The notes under the pieces: model-generated
What the model was told of the DNA's origin: nothing
The model's input: the letters and a program-made list of their open reading frames with translations, nothing else
Databases searched by the model: none
Translations under genes and position numbers: made by a program
DNA from: Spongospora subterranea f. sp. subterranea
Lineage: Eukaryota
Length of the DNA stretch: 64,000 bases
NCBI GenBank assembly: GCA_049724395.1
Contig: JAUGWO010000015.1
Location: 62,001 to 126,000 of the forward strand
Reading direction: 5' to 3'
Shown: piece by piece, positions 34,754-49,027 of the stretch
Layout of the letters: each line of letters opens with the position of its first letter
Position numbering within the stretch: the first letter of the stretch is position 1

Positions 34754-37700
34754 TTATGATTTCGAGAATCGGGGCGTGAACTCGTCCATCGGAACCGACT
34801 TAGCGCCTTTCGACGTGATCCGTCTCTGTTTCAGCTGCGATTGCAGTTGTGAAATCTCCTGCTCCTGCGCGTTGATCGCCTTCCGTAATTGCTGATCGGC
34901 GCCGCGTGCGCCCGCTTGCGCATCGCAATACCCGATATCGCGACGCAACTCGTTGATCTCGGCGACCAAGGACGCGTTATCGGCCATGATCCTCAGGTTC
35001 GCCTTCTTGTGGATCTGTACCTCCTTCCCGTGTTTCTTGTTCAGCGAATGGATCATCTTCTCCAGGTACGCCCGCTGCCGTTGGTGCTCTTTATCGACCG
35101 CCCCCACGTCCCCTTTACTATTCTGAACCTGCCTTCCTTCCCCGCTATATCTCTGGTACATCGTCACGATCTGTTTCTTCAGCTTCTTCGGCTGATCCAG
35201 GTCGGTCCCGAGCTCTTGCAAATCGTGATTGAACATTCGAATCCCTTCCTGCAGCTGTTTGTTCTTGTCGCGTTGCGCATTGAGCTCCTGCTGCATCCCC
35301 GCCAGACGCAACTTCAGCTCCTTGACGTTGAGGTTGAGGCTGGCGAAGTCGGCGCGGTACTTCCTCACCTCCCCGTCCATCTCCTCCAGCTGGCGCTTCT
35401 TGCGCTCGATTTCCTGCTCGCGCGGCTGGATCTGCCGGTTCAGCTCGCGGATCTTGTAGTCCAGGACGAACTTGAACTTCTCCAGCTCCTGGTTCTTCTT
35501 GCGCAGGTCGTTGATGCGCTTGTCCTTGTCGGCGATGGTCGAGCCGCGTTCGCTGATCTCCTTCTGGTACCCTTCGATGTCCTTCTCCAGCCCCCTGATC
35601 ACCTCGTAGAGTTTCCGCTCGTCTTCCACCATCGCTTCGATCTGTTCTTTCTGCTTTTTGATCCGGCTCTGCATTTTGGCAAATTTCGCTTTCAAAAACG
35701 CCATTGTTCCCCCCAGCGACAGCGTCTGTTTCCGTTCTGTCGCCAGTTTGGCGTCGAACGAGTCCTTGAGCTCGTCGATCTCCTGGTCGGCGTCCTTCTC
35801 CACGATGCCCTTGGTCTCCTCGAACTCCTCGATGATCGCCATCTTCTCCTTCTCGATCCGAACGGCCGCCGCCTTAATCGTCTCCAACTGCACCTGATAT
35901 TCCGACTCCATATCGGCTATATCCTGCCGATTGGTTCGCTCCCGTTCCATCAGGTCCCGCTCCCTCCTCAGTTTCTGAACTGAAAACGCCGCCTAGCGTC
36001 GTGACCGTTTTAGCAAAATTCATTTCTCTTCAATCAACAAAGAGTTGTTGTGTTTTTGGAAATAACTTCATCAGGAAAATGTCAATTACCTGAAGTTCCC
36101 GATATCTTTCTTTTTCCGATTTGATCCTTTTTTCTTGAGATGTCGCTAGTTCTTGCATCGCCTTCTCATCGCGTGCCTTTAGGTCTTTTAGTTTCTGATT
36201 GTACCTGGACTCCAGCGCCTCCTTCTCCTCCTGCAGCATCGCCAGCTTCTGTTTCTCGGCCTTCACCTCGTTGTTGTACTTCTCGTTCAGACCCCGGATC
36301 TGCTCCTGGTAGTTCATCTCCTTCAGCCGCGTCTGATACTCGTTGTGCATCGTCAGCTCGTCCACCTAAACACGACGACGTCATTTCTCGTTTCCCCCGC
36401 GACACCGATGGTCCCCAATCTGTTCCACCTTATCGGTGAGTTCCTTCATCAGCACCGTTCGCTCTTCCAAATCCACCTTGTTCGCTAGGACCTCCTCCGC
36501 CCACGCCAGCTCCTTCTTCTCCCTCTTCAGCGCCAATCCATTGCGCCCATCCCTGATTTCCAGAACGCTAACCGACCCGTCTTCGCTAGCGGCGAACAAC
36601 ATCGACTCGTCTGGTGACACCTTCATCGCTGTAATCAATCCTGATGAACAACTCGTCAGTATTTGCGCCAACAATCACAGTCGCCCGAACCGGCGTGGAC
36701 GCTATAGCTCTGGTAGTTATTCGATAAGGGCAATTTGAACACGCGAATCGCCCCAGTAGAACCGCCGAGAAAGAGCATTCGACCGGACCCGTTCGTTCTT
36801 CAGCACTAGTCGGGTCATGACGACATTCAAATCGAACGACGCTTTCAACGATCCCTATAGGTTTGCTCAACCTCATCCAGGGGCGTTTTTCCATGGGGCA
36901 CGTTCGTACCTGGAACAGTTCTCGCAAGACAGAGTCGTTGCCGACAGCGTACAGGTGCCGGTCGGACGTGATCCCGACGCTGGTGAAGGTGCAGTTCTTC
37001 TGCTCGAACTCCTGCAGGCGATTGCCGGTGTGCAGATCCCATTCGATCACGATCCCGTTCATCCCGGCCGACACCAGCCCGGTATCGTCTCCGTTCCACA
37101 CGACCGACCTGATCTTGCCCGTGTGCCCACGAAGGTTGACGACGTTGTCGCCCGTGTACGTCTGGAAGACGGCGATCGTGGTCCCGCTGACGGCGGCGAA
37201 ATACTGCCCGCCATGGCTGAAGGCGCATTCGCGACAATCCTTCACGGGCAGGTCCTTGAACGCTTTCAGGCCGTCCATCAGGACATTCAGCAGCGACAGC
37301 CGATCGGAGAACCCGACGACGACCAACAGCCCGCTCGGATGGAACGCAACGCTCAACGGCGGGTCGTCGAAGACCTTGGAGAACCCACACGAGTTGTCCT
37401 CGTAGTTCCAGATCCGTATCGAGCCGTCAAAGGAGCACGTGGCGATCAGCGGCTTCCGGACGCAGACGTCGAGGCCGGTGACGGCGCTCGTGTGGAACTC
37501 GTGCGATAGCAGCTCGAAGTTCATGTCGTCGGCCTTGAATATGTCGACCTGGGATAGGTTGAGGGTGTAGGCCTGGGAGTTGTCCAGGGTGCAGGTCAGG
37601 CTTTCACCGCTTGGCGACACGTCCATGCAGATCACGTTGTTCGTCGATTCGCCGATGCGGAACGTCTTGTACGGTCTGTACCCTTCCTGAACAATCGTTC

Positions 37701-38727
37701 GTCAGATCGTCGCGGTGAACAACGTCAAAGAAAACTGAAAAGCAGTCGGAAAGGCATTGAAAAGGGTCTGTACTCTGTCCATATCTGGTTTATCGGCGTC
37801 GGTGTGAGAGTTCTTATCGTCGATCCGTTCGAAAATGTGGACCAAACCGTCTTCACATCCGCATATAAACCCTTTGTTGTAGACGGCGATCGAGTGAATT
37901 GAGTTGGCCTCCTTCGGGGTGCAATAGGTTCGGCGGTGTTCCAGACCCTCGATCACCATGATCTCGCCGTTATCGGCGCCGATCAGGCACCGGTCGCCGT
38001 CCCACGCCAGGCACTGGAACTCCATCGAGTCCTTCTTCGCCTTCAGCACCAACGGAATCGCCTTGAACTCGTTCGCCTCGCACCGCAGCAGGCGGATCAG
38101 GTTGCTGCCGATCACGACGACCACGTTCGGGTCGGACGGGTGGAACGACGCCGCCCGGATCCGGACGTTGACCCCGGTCGCCAATTTGATCGACTGAACC
38201 GGGCGACTTTTCTCCCAGAGCCAGTTGATCAGACAATAATCTGGCGCACCTCCTTGCGTCAAAATGAACCTGTGATCGCGGTTGAGCAACAGCCAGGCGG
38301 GTGGCGACAGCCGTCATCACCTTTGATCGGAGGAGAACGCCACCGAGATGTACTGTTTCGAGGCGCAATCACCACTGACCAATGCGGTTCGCGACTTCTT
38401 CAGCGTGTGGATGTTGAAGACGGTGACGCTGGCCCTCTCGCCTCGCTCGGCAACGGCCACGTACTTGCGATCTTTGGGCGAGACGGCCAGGGCGCTGATC
38501 CCGCTTTCGCCGGAAGCCACTGACACGGGGGATGTGGCTTCCGTCGCGTGAATGAACCGTTGCGTTCGCGACTCCGAATTGTAAATGACGACCTGATTCC
38601 CCGCCGGATAAAGGAAAATGGACTCATCAAGGTAGTGAATATTGGCGCCAACGTCGGCAGACAGACCGAATATTTGTTTCAGAGATAGTAAAGGGCCTTG
38701 GCCGGGCGGTATCGCTGTCGTCGCCAT
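34754..38727 (-). CDS. CFAP57: Cilia- and flagella-associated protein 57 (WD40 repeats plus long coiled coil)
   Basis: GLDVCVRKPLIATCSFDGSIRIWNY, FHPSGL, FSHGGQYFAAV, NEYQTRLKEM and NDLRKKNQELEKFKFVLDYKIREL..QIQPRE. Confidence 0.93.
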
Positions 38728-39235
38728 ATCAACAGATATCGGCGGCGCGAGGCCGGTTGATATTCAGGGAGGGGAATAGGCGGATGATCTGGTAACTTGG
38801 GAGTACGAGATGCGATCATGACCAGGAAAGTGTCACAGAATCACTACACCTTGGTAGGGCTAGAGCATATATAGGTGAGGTAGGTGTGGTGGTGTTTAGC
38901 GACCAGAGTGCCAGGGCATGGTACGCTGGGGATGGCGTTGGGGTAACGTGTGCTGTGAACAACGCTGATCGTGCAAACCAATGTGTAGCAGTTCCTCATG
39001 GGATCCCTAACGACAATCACATTGTCGGAATGATCATGAACGGGGTAATCGACAACTCCTTGTCGTCATTACTTTTCAGTTTAGGGGTCTTTAAATATCG
39101 TTGATTTGTCGTTGCAAAATCATACAGTGCCATGGCGATTCCTTTAATGAATCCATTCGTCCCAATTTGCAGTAAACTGCATTAACAAGTGTTTAATGAA
39201 AAAAGTGTTCGAAGTATAATCAATCCGGTGTTTCA

Positions 39236-40535
39236 TTGAGATATTTTATCATGATATATATTGAGGCAAGCGCCGGTTGTGGATTAACACTGGTCATATT
39301 TAGCGGGAGTCAAGATTACCGGATGAGGTCACTGAAATGTGAAAGGGTTTACCCGAATAGCTATGAGCATGAATTGCAGCTAGGACGCCAATTCGCTGAT
39401 TCGTTCGTGTCCGAAAAAGCAGCTCAGCAGGCAGACACGAAAAACGGCAATGGGCACATTCAAGGCATGGCGTTATCTTGCTCGATATCCGATTTGGCGT
39501 TAGATGGAATCTCACACAATATGCCATGGCTAAAAACATTAGATATTAGCAACAGCATGGCCACAGACGATGGCGTTGTCGTCTTGGCAACCTGGTGCAC
39601 TCAGCTGAGATCATTATCGATGAGCAACTGCCTGAATTTGTCAGATATAGGCATGTCGGCCGTAGCTGACCATTGCAGACAGATAACCTGTCTACGCGTT
39701 AACGATTGCCCTGCTCTCACTGAATTTTCGATTGGAAAAATCAGTTTCCTAAGAAGCTTGAAACATTTGGAGATGGATGGGAATGACGGCGCTACTGATT
39801 TAGCGTTGAGTCATATCATTCGAGGTTGTGAATTACTATATCTGAGCGTCAGGCGATGCCCATTAGTGGGGGATCAATCGTAAGATGAAATCTCAGATAC
39901 AATCACCGCAAGCTTAACAATCCTTCAGGATAGGAAAATTGTCTTCACTGAACCGCCGCTCGAAAGGAATCCGGTCATTGTTTCTCGCTAACAGTGACAT
40001 TACTAATGACGCAATTGTAAAAATATCCTTGACCTGTCATGAGCTTCGCCAACTGGATATCACAAACTGTTCAGAGGTATCTGACGTAGCTGTGCTCGAA
40101 ATGTCGTACGGTCTTCCCATGCTGCGATATATTAGCGTTCAAGGGTGCTCAAGAATTACAGATCCCACATTCGTGGAGTTCGTCAGCCGCATTAGGCATT
40201 TGAGAAGTTTCAATGCTGGGAACTGTGATGACCTCACTGACAACACATTAGTATCGCTCGCCGAATGCAATATCCATCTCCAACATATCAATATCCAAGG
40301 CTGTCTGAAGGTGACAGATTACGGTGTCCACGAATTGCTAAAACGAGGAAACCATCTCAAAACCTTGGTCCTCTGTGGGTGCCCTGGAATCACCGACACG
40401 GCCTTGACTTTCCCCCCAAACAGCAAACACATGCGGAAGTTGGAGATGCTCGACGTGCGCATGTGCCATTCACTCAGCCGGAATCTGATTCGGTACCTGA
40501 GGCGATGGTTCCCATCCATCTCCGTCCACACCTGA
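39236..40535 (+). CDS. FBXL/AMN1-type cysteine-containing LRR protein; 5' end uncertain
   Basis: Repeated LxxLxLxxCxx(L/I)TD units (LRSLSMSNCLNLSD, LRQLDITNCSEVSD, LKTLVLCGCPGITD). Confidence 0.75.
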
Positions 40536-40870
40536 CCCTTCAACGACGCCGAAATTCAAACGTTTAAATAATGAACGAGATAGTGTATTGTGGTTACGCG
40601 ACTGCAGTGCGAACGATTGTGATAGTGAAGCGCAACCCGCACGTATCCGTAGTTTCACTTTCCCCAACTCGTTACTCGAACTATAATCATTCGCCTAATT
40701 AGACATTGTCGAGGAGGGAGCCAGGTCCAGGGCGATAGGGAATAGACCATCGGGTCTAGGCCTAAAACCTGGCGCGCTTCTGTTCGTCAAACGGGATATA
40801 CGTGTCGTGAGATAGCTGTTGCCAGAGAGCTGGCCCGGACAGTTGCTGCAGTCGGGACGCTGTCCGACCC

Positions 40871-43800
40871 ATGGGCGAACCGTTGTTCACCCACTTCCTT
40901 GTTGTCAGAGTCGCTTCCAAGGAAGAAGACGGTGAGCAAAATCAACATGCTGTTTTGTGAAGTTTTGACAAACATCGATAGATGACACCGGGTTCGGGCT
41001 GTCGACAAAGTTTTGTTTGTGTGCTCCTGGGCATTCTAGAGCTACAGTTCCCTTAAACATCGTTCGACTTTGTTTTCCAGATTTGAATGGAGCCTCCCAC
41101 AACAACCGAATGGTTAGGTACGGCATTCGAGTAATTCCTGTCGCTCAAATGGGAGACACATTTTCCATAGTCAGCAATTTAAGGCAACGTGTGGAGCAGA
41201 CTATATAGCGTTCTTCAGGCGCCATTTACTGACCTCTTTGAAGAAACAACAAAATCCAACAAGATCTGACCAGCAACCTTTGGAGTGTCTGTGCTTAATT
41301 ACACGGTACGACTTGCACGAGATTTTCGATTCTGTGATGCAGCAAATCCAGTTCCGGTGGTTGCTATCTCCAAATTCTGTTCCTCCTTTTCTCAACGCAT
41401 TACTTAAGCAGGAAGTCCCTAATACATGCGGCCACATTGCACTGGCACTTAGAGGAACGGGAGACGCAGCACATCAGAAGCAAGAAAAGTTAGGGTTTCC
41501 TCAATATACGGGCGCTAGAATAACTATCTTTTTCAGTTTTTTATTTCACCGCCCTTCGTTTGATCACATGGCGGTATCTGCTCAAGTTCTGTTTGAATAT
41601 CTCACTGTTGACAACGTGATGACCTTGATTTCCTCTTTACTCTGCGAGCAAAGGGTTATTGTTACGTCTTCCTCAATATCAACCATATCCCAGTGCATTT
41701 TTGCGGCAAAGTCACTACTTTATCCATTCAAGTGGCTTTACGAATTTGTATCTGTTTTACCATCATACATGCTTCACCATGTTAGTGTTGCCTCACTTAT
41801 TATAGTTGAAAATTAACCTCGTTCTACAGGCATTTTCTCCTGCACCATTCTTATTGGGCATATTAGCAAATGACATGAAATTTATATCAAGGATGCATCT
41901 GCATCCCACACTCGTTGTCAAGTTAGATACCAATGAGCTGGAGACCGTTGGTGGCCCGGTATTGCGGTATGGACGCTACCAAGCCTACAGAACCTCATTT
42001 CCGATTTCAGGTCGACGCTGTCGCCCTTCCTGGAGTCGCTTCCGCTAAATTACGGTCACGGCTAGGCCAGATTGCGCCTCAAGGCATGTTGAGTGATAGG
42101 CTAAAAAAGGGCCTAAACACCATCTTCGGGAAGTCGGTCGACATGGATCAAATTTTGTGCAGTGACGCTATATATGTTTCGACAATGGGATTTTTCGTTA
42201 TCACATTTGGAAACTGGAGGAGGTTAAGCATGTTTCAATCGGGGTTCGCCAAAATTATTTACTATCAATAGGTGCATAACCAACTCAGCAGCCGGCACGC
42301 CCCATTTCGATTTAATAAAGTTTCTGGAAGCGGCCCGAAATGCTCCAGAAGTAACAACTCTGGTGCCTTCTTCGTAAGTATTAATGGCACGTATTCCTCA
42401 GGACGATTTCGTATTCTTTGGAACATTCTGCCGAACGAAGATGTTCCATGCGTTTGCCCAAGAGTTGGCATCACATAGCCAATCAACTTTGACAGGAGAG
42501 ACTTCTGGTATTGTGCTTGCATATGCAGCAACTCTAAAACTAACGACCTTGGTAGCGTTCTGTAAACTATGCTCTATAACTGCAAGGCGAGACAACCAAC
42601 AAGACGCGTCTGTTGGGTAAGTAATCTAAATGAAGCTTAAATGCCCATTGGCACTTTTGTATGATTCATTTCGGTTTCAAACAGCTTCCATTCAGTGTTG
42701 GATGCGTTGAAACCTGAAATGTATCCTCCTCGCATTGGGAGGATTGCTTCTGTGGCATTGGAATTGACATCGTCCACGCCTTCATCCATGGATCGAACGC
42801 ACGTTTTATCTTCCCTAGCTCAAGCGACGTTCTCGTCATTAGTTAATTCAAATTTTACTAACATAGCCCAAACTAAGCAATTCGACAGGGTCTAAAGGAA
42901 CTATTTGGAGTTGTTTCCTATCGTTTAGCGGGTTGCCAGGGAAGAAGCTGGCGTCATGCTGCTTTCGCCTTCGACCTACTACAAGTCATGATCTCTCACG
43001 GATCCGATGCGGTTATAACGATTCTCAGGGATTCAATCAGCCAGTATCTTCCTTTTTTGCAATACTCTCACAAAGAAGATGAGGTGCAAATAACTGTCAG
43101 TCTCGCATTTGTTCCCGACTGCTTGAATTTTTTTGCCAAATTCGGTATCAGATCCGTAATCAAGCTGAAAACCTGGTTAAACAAATCTTGGATTTGACGG
43201 AGCAAGCAAATAACAGGATAAAAAACTACTGCATCCTTGCCGAATCGCTCTCTCCTTACAGGTAATTGCATTAACGCAATAGCGCGTATTTGCTAATATC
43301 TGCAGAACTCGCTCAACTCGGGCACCGTTAGTCCATCCTGCTAATGTGGAGACTCCGAATATCGCCCAAGTAGCTGAGAAGGTACTCATACCGGTCGGTG
43401 CTTATTAACGCATACTTATCTAATCGTTTTTCATAGCTGGGTATATCCATGTCGCCACCCCACCATGGGAGACTTTATTCGGAGGAATTCCACTCATCAG
43501 TCAGAAGGCGAACAATTGAAGATGGAAACGAAAAATGGGTGAAATACCGAATCAAGTCGCTAGTCAAGGGTCGCGCTAGAGTTTTCCCCAAGTTTCTGAA
43601 GTTGCACAAAATGATGGGCGAACAGTAACGCCTATATTCTTTTTATCGCCATTAATAGTTTTGAAACTGGATCTAGGTATGCGTCAGGGTTATCATCGAA
43701 CTGTGTGCATTCAGTGTTTGAAGATCTCTTACAAATGAACTCACCTGGCAAGCTGTTCGAGGGTTTGGGAACGTATCGTGGCCTCATATTTTGACCTCTG

Positions 43801-43995
43801 ACACTGTCTCAAGGTTCTGGCAACTTGTCAATCTCAGAGTGGGGCGTTCCGACGCAACTTCCGCCTCAGCCACCGCTGAATACCGATGAGTTTTTCCTCG
43901 ACTTGACAGCGGGAACATTATCAGATAGAAAAATCTCCGAATCTTCTTCGAATCATGCAAATCAAGTTGATCCCTTTGCCGGTTTATTCAGTTAA
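40871..43995 (+). CDS. DENN-domain protein (Rab GEF family), multi-exon; start uncertain
   Basis: LFTHFLVV, CLCLITRY, LFEYLTVDNV..LISSLLCEQRVIVTS, LLYPFKW..EFVSVLP, PAPFLLGI, and dDENN F..FCRTKMFHAF. Confidence 0.85.
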
Positions 43996-44048
43996 TAAGC
44001 GAATATAAATCAATCATATATTTATGTACTATTATTATGTTATTGAAC

Positions 44049-46479
44049 TCATTCGTTCCTATTTTTATGTTTGATATTATTAAATAACCGATCACGTTTG
44101 TCCAATTCTGCCCGCAGCTTCAAGTTAGAACGGCGTAGGGTAAGCAACTCTTTGTATTCGACAGAATCGAATTCATGGCCAGAATGTAGCATCGGCGATA
44201 GATTTGCTTGAGTATCCTAAAATGAGGAGTTCAAGTCATTGCAATGAATGTGAGTCGGCAGTACCGGTCGAGGAGTTCCGAAATTGTCCTCAATGAATAT
44301 CTTCTCTAGATTCCTCACTTTCTCAGTTAGTCTCTCGTTTTCCTCCAATGCCTGCTTACATCTGCGCTCTTGCTCTAGTCTAGCATTTTGTAACGTCACC
44401 TGCTCCATTGCCGATCAAATCAATGTCTCCTACGATTCTGCCAATGCCACTTACGTTCTCTTGTAATAACCCCTGGATTTGATGGCTAATAGTGCTGGTT
44501 AATGGAGATGTCTGAGAACACGTTGGCGATGTAATCTGCTGATATACCATTCAGGATAAAGAATGTTGAAAATTGAAACGATTTTTGATACAGTTATTGG
44601 CGGTAGCTGATTCGTGGTTGTACCGGGTCGTCGTCTAGGTTCATATGGTTTTGTTGGTACTAACGCAGCTGTGATTGCGTTATTAGCATTGGTTTGTCTG
44701 CTGCTAGCAAATGCCTTCGAATCTATTGAAGGGTTGCACAATCACACGAGATTTGAAGGACATCGTGTAATTACCATCAGCAAACCCATCACAGCCTATT
44801 CCGTGGAACGACAGTAGCTCTTTCAAACGCCCAACCTCTTTCTCAAGATGAATTGCATGGGTTTCAAGGGCGATCATAGCTGCATTAGGGCGCGATTGCT
44901 CACTGGATCCAGTGCGTTTGACTGGGCGATTCTGCAGTTTTTGTCAAAAATCGCGGTCAACCTTAGGAAAAAATCGTGCACCTGAATTCGTCGTGTTCTA
45001 TATGAGTACGATAGAGTCGACATAGTTTCTTTGATGTGCTGTATCGCTGGCGATACACAAGCTATTGCGAGAAAGTCAAGGCCAAATCCATTGCTTATGA
45101 TTACAGAATCTCACCAATCATTAGCGTTTTTCCTGCCCCTCCTAGCGAATCCATTAGAAGTTTCGTTAACAGACTGTCCCTGAGAATAAAACCGAGTATC
45201 ACGTACGATCTCATGATTTCATTGCTTTTCAACCTATATGGGATATGCTGACCGAGCACTCCCGTGTCTGACGGTTTACTGCCTAATGCGCTGATAACTT
45301 TGCCAAGTAGGAACAGACTACGGTTGATACTCGATGTTTCTTTCAGCATCAAATCGCCCGATGATTTCGTATCCCTCAAGCGTTCCTATGAGTTTGTCAA
45401 CAATACAACTGGCACGGAAACAGCTACGAAGTACAGATCCAGCCAAATCGACAAACGAGATTTTACCAACAGTTGTTCGACTGTTCCCTGAAAAAAAGAA
45501 TTAGCTCCCGCATTTAAACTGAACCGCAATTGTCAACCATTGCGCTTCTCTGTAGTTATGGCGATAATCATAACAGATAGAATGCAATGGCTTCTACTGG
45601 AATCCATATTCAGTTCGTGCCCGGCAACATGCCGGTTTCTGTGCCCTACGATTGAAAACATCGTTGAAAAGCTCGGTAAATTATAGCTTCTGGCGGTTTA
45701 CCTTGTGAGAACACCGCCATCAAATCATCGGGAGATCGACACTCGACTACGATCTGGTTCTCGATAAAGAACCCTCCATCAGCTGCCCATCTAACCTGTA
45801 GATTCGCCTGCGACGCCTTCTGATGAGCCAGAAGGTCGCGTGGAATCTCGTTATAAATCTCCAAAAACGACGCCTGTAGACTATAGGTCGTGTTTGGGGT
45901 CGTACTGCGCATTGACTCGATCTGGGCGGTGAGATAGGATAGCGAGCGAGGAATAATACCATCCATCGACGATGGATTGTAGAGCCCATTCTGTGTCAAA
46001 ATCTGGTCAGTCAACCATGCTATCGGCAGAATGAGAGACGCACAATGAACTGAGATTCGTCTCCAGACATGGTAAAGGTCTTTCCGGATCCTATCGATAC
46101 GACGTTGTTTTCAGTGACGGAAGTGTCGAATTTGACATATTAGTGAACCTGTTTGCCCATACGCGAAAACAGTTGAGGAGAACCCTTCTAATGCATATTC
46201 CACCATTCTCTGCATTCCAGATTCCCTAAATATTGTTTCCTGATCACAGAATGCATCGAATATACGGTCCAACGCGAATTGCTTATGCACAGACTGATCT
46301 TCTCCCTGATCGAAATTGTCAACAGCAATGCTGTGACCTTGGAATCTGCATCATACATTGAGGATAATACGAACCCGCTGCTTGTCGACACATTGTAAAG
46401 AAGTCGCGTAGGACAACGACCGCTCACGATCATTCAACGGACGGATTCTGACAACTACTCGAACCGGCTCGAGCGCCAT
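44049..46479 (-). CDS. Kinesin motor protein, KIF12-like
   Basis: VVVRIRPLN, VFAYGQT/GSGKTFTM, SFLEIYNE, HELNMDSSRSH, SINRSLFLLGKVISAL, HIPY/RDSLLTKLLMDSLGG. Confidence 0.88.
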
Positions 46480-46529
46480 GAAATAGATGTCGATCTATGA
46501 ATATTTCCACCTGGTTTGGTGCATGAATA

Positions 46530-49027
46530 AATAAGTGATCTGGCGAAACTTGAACGTTGTGTTCTCCGAAACGAAACTATTTCCAATGGTGCAAGAATCG
46601 CACCACTACAGTTTAGTTACGCCATCTCTCATGCCATAAACTCCATCTGCCGGAAAAGTATCGCGACTAATGGGCACATCAAGTCACACAGTCGTACTAT
46701 CAGAAGAATATTTTTCCTTCCAACAATTTGAAAGGGCATTTTGTGGAACTGAATAACTGTCTGTACCTGTAATTGGTTACGAGGTCATGGACTTGGAGTC
46801 AAACAATACGCTAAAATGGAAGATTGGCCGGGATGAGCGTGCCTGGAGGCTAAATATCTGTAACTCATAATAAATATTGAATGATGTATAAATTAAGGTT
46901 GCGGACGGTAAGGAATAGGTGACCGAGGAATGGAAATACCACCAGCCTTCAAACCAGACTGGAGCTCAAAGCTATACTGGTCTTGAGGAAACGGCAAAGA
47001 CGGATAGATGTGAGTGAAAAATTGATGTGCGTCTTCTGATGCCCATGAAAAATTTTTCATCCCCGAACATACAATATTGCACCAATTATCAACAGTGACT
47101 GAGGAAAAACACTTAATACAATGCAATACAACAATTGAGACGAGACGGACACGACTTCTCTCGATTGACTGCTTCGGAAAAAATGTCGACACATATATGT
47201 ACACATTTCCCACGTGACAACACTTGAAATAGGGTACAGTAGACCTTCTCATCAGGGACAACTTTCCTGGCAAGCATTTCGTCAAATATTTCAGCAGCTT
47301 TGTGTGCGTATTTAGGATGGTGTCCTATGCAGATGAAATTTTGGCAACGCAAACGGAAAACAATGTAGCTTCTGACGTAGGCTGGCGATTGCAGCATTGA
47401 AGATCGGTGCATTTGGGGTAATGCGAGCTCTCCACATTGCCATTAGCAAATTTCGGCACTGATGAAACGAGCCGTTGTCAGACAGCCCATCCATAATCGC
47501 TGAAAATGCCGTCCTATCCGGGGTGATTCCAGACGCCATCATTTCGACACAACAAATCATTGCATCCAATACGTGCCCTGTTTGAATATAAATATGCACC
47601 TGTCGAAAATAAGATTGTTGTTTGGACTGTTAAAATACTAAAATACATACCATTGTGGTATATAGCTTCAAATCTGGAACTATACCATATGTGCACAGCG
47701 CCTCACGTAGCAGATCTCGGGCGACTTCAGGAAGATGATATCGATGACACGCAGAGCTCATTGATGTAATCTTTTCAGCAGTTTCACAACACATTCGATA
47801 GCTATTCAAAAGCGCCTGAATGGTTACTACATCTGGGCATAAGCCGTTACCTGACAGTGAATAAGAATTCAATAAAAGGATGTAACAAAATCAGAGTAGA
47901 AGCCGACGTTTGAGATCAGCGTAGAGTTCTTGAGCAGTAATGGACTGTCCTTGAGAAGCGAGTGCACCGATAACGGCATTGTAGGTGACGATTGTGGGTG
48001 ATACTCCGGTTTGCCTCATCCGCTGGAACAATTCTAAGCATTGCTCAACCTGGCCTAGGCGTTTATGTGCATCGATTGCAATGGTAAATATGAATGCATT
48101 TGGCAACATCTCCGCCTAAAATAGATTAAGGAGGAATAAGCATTAACTGTTCATGATCACCTTATCCATAATCTGATTCATGAGATGAAGACATTTTTTG
48201 AGTTGATGAGATCGAGCGTAGACGTTCATTAGCGTCCCATACACTACCATTTGCCCGCTACTTATGTCTGTATTTGAGTACTGATTAAACCTGATACCAA
48301 TTAATACTGGAAAAAATTGAGCATGTAGAAGCTACCAGCTTTCTGCTGCATTTACATCCCCTTCCATTCCGGCGGCGTGGATCATGCTAGAATAGGTATA
48401 ACTATCTGGCTTGAACCCTGTGAGAGTGAACGGTAAGTTTCCTTTCAAGTAGTAGATTGACGACAATCAGACCTATTTGCATCAATCTATTCAGAAAAGT
48501 TTGTGTTTTCACCGACCCACATGTTTTCGCCATAACGTCGATTACTTGATTACAAGCTTTGACGTCCAAAGGCCAACCTGAGTGGAGCATGATTTCCAGA
48601 ATCTGTAAGGACATGAAACCACAGATTTGTGCAAGCTCTCTAAGTGATGTACTTTGACTGCATTTTCTGAATTCTTCCTATCTCGCGACCATCGAATCAT
48701 AAGCAACAGATCATCTTTGTTAGGAGGATATCGAGCACATATGCTGTCAAACACCAGCAGCGCATCAGTGGCTCGACATTCCTGACTCCAGACAGCTGAT
48801 CTAAGCAATGCCGTATATCCTTGATGCAGCAGTCGGTGGCGCTGTGGCAGCACCGACGCAGCGCATGCTTCTATGGTGAACCCGGACCCGAGCAGATCTT
48901 TCTCTATGTGGTTTAACTGCTGCCAATCGTTCTGCAGCGTTAGCAAGCGTGTTGACAGCGCCGACGAGTTGATCAAGCGGCAGCAGCTAGACCTATTTAC
49001 TCGCAACAAAAATGACCTGACGATCAT
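46530..49027 (-). CDS. Pentatricopeptide-repeat protein, probably mitochondrial; 3' end uncertain
   Basis: PPR units (PNAFIFTIAIDAH..LGQVEQCLELFQRM, PTIVTYNAVIGAL, PDLKLYTTM, PDRTAFSAIMDG). The N-terminus is R/S/L-rich. Confidence 0.8.

Noticed and set aside
34889..38523. Long + strand ORFs (364, 230, 195 and 180 aa)
   Set aside because: They are antisense shadows of the GC-rich CFAP57 exons.
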